A stretch of DNA of 63,520 bases, filler included, from Hyphochytrium catenoides (Eukaryota > Protista > Hyphochytriomycota), in the NCBI GenBank assembly GCA_900088475.1. It is 11 parts of 11 records of this genome, joined end to end, with 100 filler letters (N's around TTAATTAATTAA, not from the genome) between each part and the next. Parts side by side here need not be neighbours in the genome. Positions count along the whole stretch, not along the records: positions 48,913 to 52,123 come from FLMG01000585.1; positions 52,224 to 53,735 come from FLMG01002306.1; positions 53,836 to 55,067 come from FLMG01001434.1; positions 55,168 to 59,562 come from FLMG01001480.1; positions 59,663 to 61,834 come from FLMG01004748.1; positions 61,935 to 63,520 come from FLMG01002521.1; 5 more parts are not named here. One strand, given 5' to 3'. Position 1 is the first letter of the stretch, and each line of letters begins with the position of its first letter. Under the pieces are notes generated by a model. That model was not told where the DNA came from. It made no database searches and was given only the letters and a program-made list of their open reading frames with translations. Positions 51,376 to 62,695 of the stretch are shown here, one piece after another. A program made the position numbers and the translations under genes.

Positions 51376-51611
51376 ATATATGTCCGTTCACCATAAATCC
51401 TGTTCGTCATGTCTCTCCCTTTCTCTTTTCCTGTCGTCAATTTCTCTAGAAACTCCTGACAGTGGTTCTTTCAAAGAGAGAGAGAGAGACGGAGAAGATC
51501 GAGATGTTCCCATCCCCTTCTCCTTTGTTGCTGTCACTTTCCAAGACATTCTACGTAGTAGCTTGTCTTCTTTCTCTCTCCTATGAGATCATGTTAAGAT
51601 CGGAGCCAAAC

Positions 51612-52040
51612 CTATTCCCTTGAATCTTCTTCATCGTCTTCTTCTTTGCTCTCTCTCTCTCTTTCCGCTCTCTCTGCCTCTTCCTTCAGTCTCGCCTCTT
51701 CTCTCTCTTGCAGAATCATCTTCTCTGTCGGTCCTTCATAAGGAAAAGTAGAGACAAGAGTGAAATATCTTCCACAGGCGATGGCGCGAACATTTCCTCT
51801 CCCGATCCCGTCCACAATGCTGCCAAATCCTCCTACGTGGCCAGGGAGAGAAGAGAAGACATCGTCTCTCTCCTTTTCTGGATTCTCTCTCTCTCCCCTT
51901 GTCTCCTCTGGGGCATCTTTCTTGCCAAGGGGACTGTCTCCCGCAGGATGGGCAGGAGGAGAAGGAGGACGTTGTTGATCTTCTCGACCCTCTTTCTCTC
52001 TCTTCGCTTCGTTGTGTTGCTTAGGAGAGGCGATCATAGA
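51612..52040 (-). CDS. Last exon of an RCC1-repeat-like protein
   Basis: VRAIACGRYFTLV is typical of an RCC1 blade. It is followed by an acidic tail and TAG, and preceded by a TTTAG acceptor. Confidence 0.5.
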   Translation of the reverse strand, partial: SMIASPKQHNEAKREKEGREDQQRPPSPPAHPAGDSPLGKKDAPEETRGERENPEKERDDVFSSLPGHVGGFGSIVDGIGRGNVRAIACGRYFTLVSTFPYEGPTEKMILQEREEARLKEEAERAERERESKEEDDEEDSRE

Positions 52041-52403
52041 CTAAAGCACAAGAGAGAGGAGAGAGAGTGGAACGGACAGCAAAAGAGAGAGAGAGCCGGA
52101 GAGATAGGGGGGGGGGGGGGGGGNNNNNNNNNNNNNNNNNNNNNNNNNNNNNNNNNNNNNNNNNNNNTTAATTAATTAANNNNNNNNNNNNNNNNNNNNN
52201 NNNNNNNNNNNNNNNNNNNNNNNGCCTTTACCTGTTCCTCTCTTTCGGACACTGCGTCCTCACCTTGGAGTGCTCCCTCCTAGTGTCAGTAGTACTCTTG
52301 CCACTACCCACCTAGCTTCGTCTGAGGGGGAGAGAGTGAGTGAGACCGACAATTAGGTGACTTAATTCGACCCTCACCACTGATGATCCAGAGAAGCTAG
52401 GTA

Positions 52404-52670
52404 TGAGGGGGAGTGTTGAGTGCTACTATGTTCGTTGTCAGTAGTACAGTAGTCACTCTCTATACACACCTAGCTCTCAGGGACATAGACGTTACGGGTA
52501 CACCTGTGTTATGGGAAAGAGGGATGTGAGAAGAATTTCCGGAAGAACACAGGAGCAGCAGAGGAGAGAGAGATGATGAGGGAAGCTGGGCCGAACAAAA
52601 AGATCTCGAGACCAGACCAGGCTCTCAGGACTGAGTGATCATTCAGAGAAATCTCCATCACACATCAATA
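52404..52670 (+). mobile_element. Ty1/copia polypurine tract and start of a 3' LTR
   Basis: GAGGGGGAG immediately followed by TGTTG (52414) is the usual copia PPT-LTR junction. The right end is approximate. Confidence 0.5.
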
Positions 52671-52819
52671 CCAAGTCCCTTTGTTATCATTTTCATCTAG
52701 ATTGTGCTCATACAGAAGCTTCAGGCATTGCCACCCAGCTCTGTAAAGTTCATCGTGCTTATCAAAATGGTGATTGGAAACAAATCATGAATTAACGTCA
52801 ACCTCAGAATTGTGCTGGT

Positions 52820-52955
52820 CCGGGGGTACGATTTACTACCTGTGAACAGACAGACAGACAGACAGACAGAGGCGGACGAACAAATCGGAAAAAATTCTGC
52901 ACCGCCTGACGCGAAAACCTAAACAAAAAAGCTTCGCCCTTCGGGCTCGCCAATT
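52820..52955 (-). mobile_element. Helentron/DINE-1 (HINE)-like non-autonomous element fragment
   Basis: The minus strand has the GC hairpin GCGAGCCCGAAGGGCGAAGC, a T run, then (CTGT)n ending in TTCACAGG. Confidence 0.4.
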
Positions 52956-53189
52956 CAAAGTGCTCACCATCCAATGATAAAATCTAACAGAACAATCCTT
53001 GTGAGTTCGGAGGAATCAGATCATGTTGCCGCAGCAGATTTTGACACAAGCTTGGAAGTTGACGAGTATGAGGAATGTGAGACACCTGATCACAACTCTC
53101 TCCGTACCCGACTCGTCCTTGGCAAAGAGGTACTCCCACCAGGACTCGCTCTGAATGCGGCCGGGGACCCTCAACTCTCTCCAGGTTCA

Positions 53190-53685
53190 AGGACCCGTGA
53201 CTTTAGAAGACGCGTTGGCGTCTCCCCCAGACAGTGGAGTGGCAGGAGGCAATCTCCAGCGAGCTACATTCCATGGAGCAGCACGGGGTTTGGGAACTGG
53301 TTCCCCGCCCTCGTGGAGCAAACATTGTGGGATGCCGCTGGGTATTTAAGGTCAAGATCAACGCTGATGGGACGGTAGAGAGGTACAAGGCAAGGTTAGT
53401 GACACAAGGTTTTCGGCAGAAGGAGGAGGAGGGAGTCCTTTTTCAAGAAGTGTTTGCTCCGACAATCGGATATGAATCCATTCGGTGCATCCTGTCATTG
53501 GCGGCATCTTTTGACATGAAGATTCATCATATGGATGTCAAGACTGCTTTCTTGCACGGCGAGCTGAAAGAACTGTGTATATGAAGCAGCCTCCTGGATT
53601 TGCTCGTGCTGATCATGTCTGCAAGCTGAAAAGAAGCATATACGGACTACAGCAGAGTCAACAAGGTGATTGACGGGTATCTGAA
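53190..53685 (+). mobile_element. Degenerate Ty1/copia reverse transcriptase fragment
   Basis: [12 protein letters not shown]...VWELVPRP...CRWVFKVK...RYKARLV...[13 protein letters not shown], then YMKQPPGF...VCKLKRSIYGL after a frameshift. Confidence 0.9.
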
Positions 53686-55411
53686 AAAATGTTATAATGT
53701 ATGGGATTTGAAGACACTCTTATTTAGGTTATGTGNNNNNNNNNNNNNNNNNNNNNNNNNNNNNNNNNNNNNNNNNNNNTTAATTAATTAANNNNNNNNN
53801 NNNNNNNNNNNNNNNNNNNNNNNNNNNNNNNNNNNGCCTTCCGTTTCATCATCATACAGCGGATAGGACAGCATGTGGCGTGGAGAGACTGAACTTCCAG
53901 GCTCATCTCTCTCTCTCTTTACTTCTCCCGCGGCCAAGTCTCCTCTTGAAGGCTGAGGAGGTAGAGACTCCTCATAAGAAGGTTCAGCCAAGCTGCCTGT
54001 AGAGTCCATTAGGACCTCAGGGAAGGAACAGAGACCTGAATGCAGAGAAGAAAAGAGAGGAGAAGACTTAGCGCCTCTTCTGAAGGGGTCTCATTCTCTC
54101 TCTTCCCTTCCTGCAGTCGGCGCTGCACTCACGAAGTGCTCGTTATCAGCGATGGCAAAGAGCGAGAGAGTAGGGAGAGAAAGAAAGACAGCGAGTGCGA
54201 GAGAGAGGAGTGTTTTAGGGAGAGAAAGAAAGACAGCGAGAGAGAGAGAGAGAGAGAGATTTGGGGAGAGTTAAAACAGCTGTGTGTTTGCTACGTTGAG
54301 GAAAGAAACTTCAGATCCTGGTCACTGAGAGTGACGAGGATGACCAATGCAGCACAGNNNNNNNNNNNNNNNNNNNNNNNNNNNGAGAGAGGAGGGGAGA
54401 GAGAGAGAGAGAGAGAGAGACAGTGTTGAGTGCATTGATGATGGAGCCTGAACTGTACTAGGTATAGGTTCCGGATAGGAATGATCATATTGATAACTAT
54501 GCCTCGTTACTGGCATCGGATCAAGAATAGGCATGACCACTCCCCCAAACGTAGGTTGTGCCCTTCCTCTTGGTCATGATAATCCCCTCTGTCCCTTCCT
54601 GCTCCAGCCATCATCTCTCCTCTCTCCTCTCTGTTTCTTTTCTCTCGCTTGCTTCTCATCTTAACATCCTCCTCTCTCTCGTACTCTCTTCTCTCTCTCT
54701 CTTCGTGTCTCTCTCTCTCTCTCTCTCTGTTTCATTTCTCTCTACTTTGCTTCTCCTCTTCATCGTCCTTCCTCTCCCAGGCACCTGCTGTTATCCTGCC
54801 GGTATCTTTTATGAGAAGCTCTTGAGCTCTGCAAGAGTGACTTCACCCTTCTTTTCTTCTCTCTCTTTTGAAAAGAGACAATATACTGAGCTGCAGTGCT
54901 CTACGAACAGAGCGAGGGAGAAAGTGGGCCGGGGGCGGCTGAGATGGCTGAAGAAGGAAAGGTCTGTCCGCAAGGGCGGAAGGATAAGAGAGCGCTGAAG
55001 AAGCCCAAGGTTAGGATAGAAGCGGCCAGGGATATCTGTCTGGCTCTCTCTCTCTCTCTCTCTCTCTNNNNNNNNNNNNNNNNNNNNNNNNNNNNNNNNN
55101 NNNNNNNNNNNTTAATTAATTAANNNNNNNNNNNNNNNNNNNNNNNNNNNNNNNNNNNNNNNNNNNNGAAAGAGAGAGAGAGAGAGTAAGAGAGAGAGAG
55201 GGAGAGAAGGAGAGGGAGAGAAATTGGGAGAGGGAGAGAAAGAGAGAAAGCATATAGATAGGTCAGCAGGACTGAGGATAACAATTGAGGAAGAGAGCCT
55301 TAGTCCGTCCCAGGGTTATAGCGAAAACAGTGCTCAAGAAAAAGAGAATGAGAGAGAGAGAGAGAGCAATCTACAAAACAGACAGAGAGAAGCTCGAGAG
55401 GAGCGGGTTAC

Positions 55412-55543
55412 ATTTCTTAGATCTGCTTGCGCTTCTAGGAGCCGTAGCTCTCTTATGACGACCGTGTAAGGATTGTCAGACACCTGATTCTTCCTCGCGA
55501 GGAGCTAGGCAGACACAAAGAGTATGAGAGAACGAAGCCACAG

Positions 55544-55599
<56 letters not shown>

Positions 55600-56113
55600 T
55601 GAAGAGAGTCAGACCTACAGAGAAATCTACGTGAGAGTAGAGAGAGGAAAGAGGTTCATGGGAAGGGAAGGGAGGAGGAAGGAGCAACGCCGCAAGAAAA
55701 AAAGAATAGAGAGAGAGAACGCAGGCTGGCGCTGGAACAAAAGCAAAGGCAAGAAGGATCAAGATAATCGGCCAAAGAGGAGAGAGGAAGAGATCGAGAC
55801 AGACAGACTGACAGAGAAAGAGAGAGAGAGAGACAGAGAGAGAGAGAAAGAAAGAGATTATAGAGAGAGAGAGAGACGAGAGAGAAAGGAGGCTCACTTT
55901 CTTCGCGGCTAGCTGGACAGCCTGAGTGATCTTATGACTTGCTATGTACTCGTTGATATGCTGGAGAGACTGCTGATCAAAGACGCCAGCCGGTCGAGGG
56001 ACAGCAGTCTCTCCCCGAGCTGCCGGGGGAGAGAGAACAATCTCTTCCTCCGGCTGCGCTTTCCCTGGAGAGATCTGGCCTTCTTCCTTCTTTTTCTTCC
56101 CCAAAAGAAACAT
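55412..56113 (-). CDS. First two exons of a protein with an RIIa/DPY-30-like dimerisation-docking motif
   Basis: The spliced sequence is EYIASHKITQAVQLAAKK|LLARKNQVSDNPYTVVIREL. The rest is lost in a gap. Confidence 0.45.
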
Positions 56114-56302
56114 CTTGGTTTGAAGAGAGACGCAGAGAGAGAGAGAGAGAGAGGGAGAGCGACTGGAGAGAGGGAAAGAGAAGCGGAGCTGAAACAAGCA
56201 AGACGGAGGGAAGTTGGACGGACAGTGAAGGCTAGACCTTCACCATAAAATGGACATCACCCTTTCTTCTCTTCTTACCCTATCTTCCCTTCTCTTACTC
56301 AG

Positions 56303-56347
<45 letters not shown>

Positions 56348-56691
56348 ACAAGGTCCATTCTCCTCTGGGTGTTCTCTGCTTCCCCTCCTTTGGCCTACGG
56401 AACCCTTGGAGAACTTCAACTTGATAAGGCTTGGCACAGGCAACCCGAGGCTCAAGCGCTTCGAACAGCGCCACAAGTAGGGGGAGACACAGCGAGACGG
56501 GGAGAGAGAGAGAGCGAGAGAGAGAGAGAGAGAAGAGAGAGAGAGAAAGAGAAAAGGGGACATCATAGTTCTCCTCATGTTATCTCGTATCGAAAAGTCA
56601 CAGATAACGGCCAATTACCGGCTACTTACGCCTAGTGTACCACTAACGACCAGGTCGGGTTCAGAATTACCTTCCCGCCAAGCTGTTCAAA

Positions 56692-56741
<50 letters not shown>

Positions 56742-56982
56742 TCTCTCTCCGATCCTCCTTTCCTGTGGGCCCTCTCCTGTACACACTGTTCTTACCCTGT
56801 CGCTGCCGATCTCATCTCCAAACTCTCCACCAGCAGGTAGAAGCGGAAGGTCAAAGGACCCCTCTCTCTCTCTTCCATTCTCTCTCTCTCCGGGCTCACT
56901 CTTCCTCTATTGGCAAGGGCTTTCTCTGTCTCTCTCTTTCCGGCCCGCATCTCGTTGTCCTGACCCCGTCTCGCGGCCAGAG

Positions 56983-57579
56983 ATGGCTTCAGCTACCGCA
57001 CCAAATAAGTTTCTCAATCGGACTCGAGAGGTATGCCGCTCTTTCCCGCTCTATTTGGACTCTCTCTTTCCTTCTCTCTCTGTCTCTCTTTCTCTCTCCT
57101 CCTCTCTCTCCTCCTCTCTCTTTTTCTCTCTCTTCCTCTCTCTGTCTGGTATGGTTCGGCCTGATGCGACAAGCTAACTTCGGAGTGTGCAGAAGGAGGA
57201 TCTGAATCAGTATTGGTACTCTAAGAAGACCATCGAAGTGATCGTCGGTTCGAATGGGCTCTCTCTTTCTCTCTCTCTCTCTCTGTCTCACTCTCTTTCT
57301 CTTTCTCTCTGTCCTCCAACTTATCTCTCCCTCTGTCACTCATACGTTCTCATCTTTTTGTGCTCATTTTGCATCAGCTTGTACCCCGTTTTCTTCGTCC
57401 TTGCAGCCACATCTCACGGGCCCTCTCTCTTTCTTTACTTCCTTGGTCAATGGTCCAGCTTTCTCTCTTTTTTTTTCTCTCTCTCTCTGGCACGATGCCA
57501 TTCTCCTTCATTGATGACCGGTCATCTCTTTCTTATTATCCTCTCTCTCTCTCCCTCACTCTCCTTTCTCTGTCTGTCC

Positions 57580-57640
<61 letters not shown>

Positions 57641-58163
57641 GTCCTGCGACTTTCTTTCTTTGTTGCGATAGACGAGGTGACAGAGCAGACGGGAGATGGT
57701 AGCTGCGCCTTCCTCTCTACGCCCAGCATCTACTTCTCTCTCCCCGAAGCTGTGCGAGCCAAAAGCAAAGTCTTCGATGTGAGCCGTCCTAACTTCTTAT
57801 CCTCATGAGACTCTTTCTTTCTCTCTTTGCCTCTTTCTCTCTGTCTGTTTCACTTTCTCTCTCTGTTTCCCTCTCTCTCTCTCTATTTTTGACTCTCTCT
57901 CTCTCTCTCCTCTTTATCTGAACACATTCTCTCTCTCATAGCCATATACGCTCTCTCCCATTCTTTCTCCTCTCCTTTCACTCTCTCTCTCTCACCCTAT
58001 CTCTCTCTCCTTCTCTCTCTCTCTCAGCTGGATGAGCGCTTTGCCTCGGACAAGAACTTTGTTCGTTATGACTTCAACTCTCCTCTGGACCTGGCAGCGT
58101 CCTTCCAGCACTCCTTTGACATGGTCGTGATAGACCCGCCGTTTATCACCAGAGAGGTATCAC

Positions 58164-58209
<46 letters not shown>

Positions 58210-58842
58210 GTGACTGTGTAAGAGAGAGAAGGGGAAAGACAGTGACGGAGAGAGGGGAGGGAAGTAAGAGAGGGGAGAAGAGGAAAGCGCGGGAGAAAGA
58301 GATAAAAGAGAGAGTTAGGACCAGTACCGTCACTACAAATAATGGATATACAGAGAGACATAGCAGCGAGCGAGACCAAGAGAGAGAGACACAGAGAGAT
58401 ACAGAAGAGAGAGAGAGAGAGAGAGAGTGGCGTGCCATATCAAACACCTTTTGGAGACAAATGATCCTGGCCCCTTCAGGTCTGGGAGAAGTACGCTGCC
58501 ACTACCAAGTATCTTTTAAAAGAAGGTAACACTCTAACTCTCTCTCTCTCTTGCTCTACAAGCAGTTCCAGGTCTCTCTCTCTCTTTTCGCTCTCCTCAT
58601 CGTTCCTTGTCAGCAGTCTCCCACGGCTGCTTTCTTCTAACATCCCTGCTAACTCTCTCTCTCTCTCTCGATATGCAGATACCGGGAGAATTCTGCTGAC
58701 GACTACAGCTGAGAATGAAGAGCTAATCGAAGAGATGCTAGGAGCAACTCCCAAGGTGAAGCACAGAAAGAAGGAGACAGGCTGGGTAGAGTGCAAATGA
58801 GAAGAGGCTCTTGGGGCCTACAGAGAGAGAAAACGACTGCAT

Positions 58843-58878
<36 letters not shown>

Positions 58879-59180
58879 GGAACAGCGAGAGAGAGAGAGA
58901 GAGAGTGCGGAATGGAGAAAATAGACGCGTAAGGTGGCGACCCGAGAACGAGAGATAGAAGAAACAGAGAGGCCTAACGAGAAGTCCTATAGTAAGAAAG
59001 AGAAGCGAGGGAGAGACTTTGAGAGCAATCTCGTTAACTCTCTCGCTCTCTTCTAAGAAATTCTCTCTCTCCTTCCAGACGTTTGAGCCTTCCATTCCCC
59101 ATCTCGTGTACCAGTACCGCCTCTATACCAACTATGAGTCGCCGAGGCTGGACCAGAAGAATCCAGAGCTGAGCAGCTGA
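56983..59180 (+). CDS. EEF1AKMT1: EEF1A lysine methyltransferase 1 (N6AMT2/Efm5 family), 7 exons
   Basis: LNQYWYS, AFLSTPS, FVRYDFNSP, VVIDPPF and FEPSIPHLVYQY..YTNY. All introns are GT-AG and the stop is TGA. Confidence 0.9.
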
Positions 59181-59451
59181 GAGAGACAACGGACAAGCCA
59201 ACTCGAGAGAGAGAGGAGGAAGGGTCATGGAAAGAATGTGTCATAGTTGCTATGGGGGAGGGAGAGAGAGAGAGAGAGAGAGAGGAGACACGGCTCGAGA
59301 ATGAAGAGTGGGAGCCCTGGCGCCAACACCCTCTCCTGCTTTTGCTGCGGCTCTGCCATGAAGGGGTACGAAGACATGAGATGCCCCGCTTTCCTACCCC
59401 TCTCCTTCTCAGCCTAGTAGACATCTAGACTCACTGTCAGTCGTTGTCTCT

Positions 59452-59492
<41 letters not shown>

Positions 59493-59662
59493 GATATATC
59501 TCTGAGCGGTAAAGGGGCCTGTAGGGGCAGACAGATGGAGCTTATAAGGGGTTCGATAGACCNNNNNNNNNNNNNNNNNNNNNNNNNNNNNNNNNNNNNN
59601 NNNNNNTTAATTAATTAANNNNNNNNNNNNNNNNNNNNNNNNNNNNNNNNNNNNNNNNNNNN

Positions 59663-61834
59663 AAGTTGATGGGGAGGCAAACCCAAGAGTGCCGACACAA
59701 GCTCATAGGAGAGAGCAAGAACTAGGTAAGCAGGACGTGAGATAACAGAAGCAGGAAGAAGACCCAGACCACCGAGCTTGACAAGGAGAGAAGCCTGCTC
59801 CCATGCAGAATCAGGAAAGGGAACCGAGGCATCCCAACCCAGAAGACGACCTAAAAACTGTTTAGACCTCAGGTCAAAATCAGGCAATTGACATGCAAGG
59901 AGAGCCAGCCGGGGGACAAGTGCGGAGGAGGTGATTGATCTTGACCACGCTCAGGCAGGCTCGAAAAATGGCGAGACGAACTTGGAGGTCCTCAACTTGA
60001 TCGAGAAGGGAATCAATAGAGACCCCGGAGGAGCTAGAAAGACGGAAGGGGCCATGAATAAGGTGGGACGACTGGCCATAACAGAACCTCACCCAGGGAT
60101 AGAGAGAGGGGAAGTGGAGGAGGACCTGATCAAGGAGAACTGATCTGCTAATACAATTGAAGGCATTGGAAAAGTCCACCTTGAGCATAACCAGATCTGG
60201 ATCGTCACCATGTTCGTCCACCACTCGTCTCACCGCATGAACAACGGCTTCCGACCCCGCCCGCACCGCCACCCCAATCTGGAGAGGAGAGAGATAATCA
60301 CTAACATCAGACTTTACCTTGGCGCAGCAGCACTGGCAGCCAACCGCCGAAAAGTTTCGCCAACAGCAATAGGCCTTACACCTCCAGTGTCTTTCCGAAG
60401 CCCTTAGAGAGGGGCACTGGCCAAGAACGGGGCCACTTCCTGAAGAGCACGACCAGAAACCAAGAACTTAACAAAGGAAGCCAGACAAGAGAGAAAAGCC
60501 TTCTGGACCTCTGGGGAAGGATAATTAAGGAGGTCTTTCAGGTGCTGAGGACGAAGCCGAGAGGCACCACCAGCAGAATGCCGCTGGAAAACTGTGAACA
60601 CAAGCAGCCACCTCTAGAAATAGAGAGCGAACAATCAGAAAGTGAGGGAGGGAAGGGAGAAGTAGGCTGAGATGAAGAAGAATGCTTCTCAAGAAGAGAC
60701 TCATAGGAGGACTGAGACGGCGTCACGAGGTCGGAAGAGACTAAAGCCTGAGCTGCCTTAGAGAGAAGGCCTTGCTCCGCGTAGCCGTATGGCTCTACGA
60801 AGATTAGAGGGGGGTAGTCGACCAGGGCTCACGTCTTCCATACGGGGCCTGGGGTGAAGCCGACTCTTGCACTGCCTCTGCCCAAAGAGCAGCATAATCT
60901 CCTTCATTCCAGCGAACCAGACGGTCCATCAAGAGTTTAGAGGTCTTCCTAGAGTGAGCATGCTTAGTGCGGCTTCCACCCCGAGCTGAGCTAGTCCAAC
61001 GTAGAACAGCTTTAGGGAACAGAAAGAGCAAAGACCAGGATGAGAGCGAGTTAACCCGAACACAAGTATCCATTAGTCTACAGAGAGAAGCGGCGCAGAG
61101 AGGACGAGCAGCAGCCGGGACGTACGTAAGAGTAGGAATCTCCGTTACGAGGACAGAGAGAATATCCGGCAGAGAGTCCGGCGAGGGACAAGAGAGAACA
61201 GAATGAGGAGGTTGGAAAGGAGGGACAAGATGGGCTCCCAGAGGTGAGTTTGGGGGGGACGGAGAAGCAGCAGAGAAGGGAGCAGGTGGTAGAGGCCCAG
61301 CTGGAGCAGGAGAGGCGGCAGCAGGCGCAGACGCAGAAGACGAGGAATGTCTGTCATTCATAGTCGCCGCGGAAAGAGCAGGCGCTGGAGAAGGAGAGGA
61401 TAAGGCAGGAAGGGCTTGAGGAGGCGGCTGCCGGACCAGGTGAGAAGAAGCCGAGAGGGGAGCGGAGGGACAGGCAGGATGACTGGATGAAAAGCGAGGG
61501 CCAGGGCACTTGTGAGGACGACCTCTCCTGTTGCCCTGGGTAGAAAGAATAGCGCCACAGCCCGAAGGACAATATGCATCCCCAATAGAAGGGAGGAAAG
61601 AAGAGATAAGCGCTGCTCAGAGGAAGAAGGAGCAGCGCCAGGGCCCTGCCAGCGACCTAACATTGAGACGGAGCGTCGCCCGAGACAGAATCTCTGGTCG
61701 TAGCCACAGAACTCTCACGGCCATCAAGCGACTCCTCATCCATAGGCTCCAGAACCCCATTGTGGGGAGTCGAGATTGAAGTAGGGTCACCAAGATGAGG
61801 CTTATCATTAGGCGAACACCTCGAACGCTTACTC
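59663..61834 (-). mobile_element. Degenerate CRE-like non-LTR retrotransposon
   Basis: RPIAVGETFRRL, GSEAVVHAVR, LKVDFSNAFN, HLLRTCPP and LGGLGL, with frameshifts, stops and a deleted RT core. Confidence 0.85.
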
Positions 61835-62151
61835 NNNNNNNNNNNNNNNNNNNNNNNNNNNNNNNNNNNNNNNNNNNNTTAATTAATTAANNNNNNNNNN
61901 NNNNNNNNNNNNNNNNNNNNNNNNNNNNNNNNNNGGCTTGGCAAGGTCTAGAAGGGAGGGGGTAAGGCAGAATATGGAAATGAATAAGCCGGAGTGACAG
62001 AAGCATAGCGTAGGACAACGACTAGAGAGTAAAATAGAGCGCGGAGCAACGACTTTGGATTTGCAGGGATCTGCCTGTAAAAGCTGAGAAATGTGGAAAG
62101 AGTTAGAGAGATAGTGGGATATCCGTGGTAGAAGATGCAGCGCGGTAGTAC

Positions 62152-62695
62152 CCTCAGCAATGAGCTTCTTCATGGCTGCCGCTGTTACACTGTCTCTCGT
62201 CTGACTGCTTAACATTGCTGCCAGCAGCACACGGAATCGCGCCTCTGGAGCTGGGATATTATCTGACCAAAAGGCCTCGCAGCCCATCGTATCTACCTCC
62301 GCCGTCTTGTCTTTTCTCATCTCCTCGATACCGCGGAGCTGCTCCCGCCAACGCTTCGGTTGTGGGGGATGTGCTGTCGAAGTCACTGTAACTTTCTCTT
62401 CCTTAACAAAGACAGCTCCATCTTTGATGCCTCCGCTGTAATGCTCTACTTCCTGCTTTACGCTGACAGTCTCGTCCTCTGTCTTGATGTTTATCTCCGT
62501 TTTTATGGTTTCCTCTGTCTTCACCAAGCGCCGTCGCTTGATACCTTGCCGACCACTGGGTCCTGGGCTCTTACTCAGGTCGGTGGCATCCTTCTCCTGA
62601 TTTCCCACCAGCGTCGTCAGTCCGACCTCTCCAGTCTCACGCTGCTGAAAGCTTAGTCTCGCACTCCGACGGAGCATGAGCCGGCTGCGAAGCAT
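62152..62695 (-). CDS. NTH1: Endonuclease III homologue, first exon only
   Basis: IEEMRKDKTAEVDTMGCE and RFRVLLAAMLSSQTRDSVTAAAM, then a GT donor at 62151. Downstream exons are not in the window. Confidence 0.85.

Larger units (their letters stand above)
41030..59490. repeat. Dense intronic (GA)n/(CT)n microsatellite tracts
   Basis: Dozens of tracts, almost all in introns. Similar tracts occur at 14873-15060, 15770-15940, 21547-21770 and 27325-27390. Many assembly gaps abut them. Confidence 0.95.

Noticed and set aside
6023-54240. Two-copy direct repeats (14 bp at 6023, 20 bp at 15781, 21 bp at about 37423, 25 bp at 54171/54216) as CRISPR-like arrays
   Set aside because: Each has only two units, there is no spacer series and the context is eukaryotic. 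They are ordinary slippage duplications.
15985-61890. Recurrent palindrome TTAATTAATTAA
   Set aside because: It always sits centred in exactly 100-nt N gaps, so it is an assembly linker with six-frame stops and not biology.
59663-62152. LINE inserted into and disrupting NTH1
   Set aside because: Linker gaps flank the LINE on both sides, so adjacency is unproven and the missing exons may simply be unassembled.
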